NCBI RefSeq assembly: GCF_022045235.1
Contig: NW_027266282.1
Location: 5,270,001 to 5,334,000 of the forward strand
Length of the DNA stretch: 64,000 nucleotides
Reading direction: 5' to 3'
Source of the DNA: Haliotis cracherodii
Taxonomy: Eukaryota
Numbering within the stretch: the stretch's first letter is position 1; every line of letters begins with the position of its first letter. The position numbers were made by a program, and so were the translations under genes. The notes beneath the pieces were generated by a model. The model worked only from the letters and a program-made list of their open reading frames with translations. It was not told the DNA's origin and made no database searches. Positions 62,475 through 64,000 of this stretch are shown piece after piece.

Positions 62475-62700
62475 AGTGGTATGGTCGGTCAAGTTCCTAA
62501 GGATCCTCAATTCGCTGTGCAGAGTTGCGTTTTCGTATGCATGACATCTAAAGATCCCGAGTTCGAATCCCAAATTAGCTATGATGATGATCCTTGATTG
62601 ATGGGATCACCAAACTGGTAAACGTTTAAAGACCCGCATCAATCTTACCACGTGCACGTATGGTGAAATGCTGTTCAAGGCGATTAAAATGCAGCTCACA
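62475..62700 (+). mobile_element. Old family-C SINE
   Basis: ATTCGCTGTGCAGAGTTGCGT...GTTCGAATCCC...TGGTAAACGT. Confidence 0.65.
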
Positions 62701-64000
62701 TACTCTGTGTCAAAAAATGTGAATATAAAAGTAATGAATTATCCTCACTTAGGGATACTATCAAACATAATATGTACATGACAAATATACTTGGCATATC
62801 AGGACAAACCCAAAGTCAAGAAACTTCAATAAAGTGCAAATAAGAATGTATTTATATATTCTGGGATAACAAGCCTTGTGCCAGTATGAACCATACTATA
62901 GCCATAAGACATTTGTCATAATGTAGACACCGTATTGTCTACTGGACATCGAACGATGCCATAGCATGTGTTGTCATAGTTGTATTAAGTGTCCATGGTT
63001 GTCCGAATCACTAAAATCGGCTGTATTCACGTTCTATAAAAGTCATGCGAGTTAGGGGGCGATATTGAAATAATTCAGTATAACAATTTGCGGATTACAA
63101 AGCACGGACCGGGAGCTATGATTTCATTTGGTGTCAACGTGCAGCATTTTTTTGTTCGAATCCTACGTCATATCAGATCAATGAGCAGTCTACGCAAATG
63201 GATTGGCGACTCTAGTCACGTGATCGTTTCAGTGGCCTTATAGAAACGCGTTAAGCTCGCAACGAGCACACAAAGTGGATTGTTGCGCACCTGTGCAGGT
63301 GAGCCCCGGACTACTCCAGGATGTAAAGGTATGTGACTCCTGGTATCGTTCCACAGAGTGACGTTAGAGCCACGACTGTCGAAGGTTTATGTTTAAGTAT
63401 GGGCGTTAGTCTAAGTATCGCTCTACTGAATTACGCCCTTGACCATATTCCACTTATCGAGTCTATTGACACTATTTTGACAGATACAGTGACAAAGTCA
63501 CGCAACAGGTGTCCTACTTCTCTACTTACTCAATGGTTATCGATGCGTGTCTACTTTGCCATTTTGCAACTGCACAAAGTCATGACGGGGTCCTATTTAT
63601 AGATGGGAATTTCCAAGCGCGCGTTCAATGGGTATTTTTAGCACATGGAATTTCCATGACTTGTTTGTATTGTTAGCTATTGGTTGTGTTCTTCGCTGTG
63701 GATAAAGAGACTGCAGTGACAGGTAAGGTCCCGTGTGAAACTGTATCCATTTCAAGCATTCATTAACTTAATTTAAATGGTTCGGGTAATAAAACTTGGT
63801 TGACTGTATATGTCATAATATACCCCGGCGGTGTATGGTTTTGCTCATTATATTAACTACAGGTTTGTCTGGCCAAGACTCGTTAATTTAAGGCCACCGT
63901 AACATATATAACGAAAGATATTTGTGGCAACAATAAACAAGCAAACAAACAAAGAAATAAACAAATACATAAATATAAATATAAAAGATTTAATGGAAAT

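Noticed and set aside
62105-62990. Duplicated 120-bp segment (about 62125-62230 and 62870-62985)
   Set aside because: Diverged local duplication with no coding or structural signal I can support.

Overview
Eukaryotic, AT-rich, intron- and repeat-dense genomic DNA; the SINE/MITE repertoire and gene content point to a mollusc (abalone-like gastropod; inference). Almost all ORFs in the supplied track are artefacts, and the real genes are spliced. Genes reconstructed by hand from GT-AG sites and phase continuity: (1) the first two coding exons of an EDEM3-like ER mannosidase on the minus strand (15118-15012, 13035-12990; the rest is probably off-window to the left); (2) a complete 6-exon C6orf136/DUF2358-like gene on the plus strand (18288-29900, about 447 aa), head-to-head with EDEM3; (3) a 3-exon PAN-EB-PAN cysteine-rich, probably secreted protein gene on the minus strand (43261-37500, about 239 aa); (4) a tandem array of three 2-exon death-domain-only genes, each with an N-terminal Cys cluster (56.3-60.3 kb), plus a fourth relic copy. 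The remainder is at least five short retroposon families (A-E, my labels), many MITEs with clear TIRs/TSDs, decayed Tc1/mariner/pogo/integrase remnants, and about ten minisatellites, one built from a SINE 3' tail. The best candidates for something new are the death-domain-only array and the non-tRNA, highly structured 5' RNA module that defines the precise start of the very abundant family-A retroposon.
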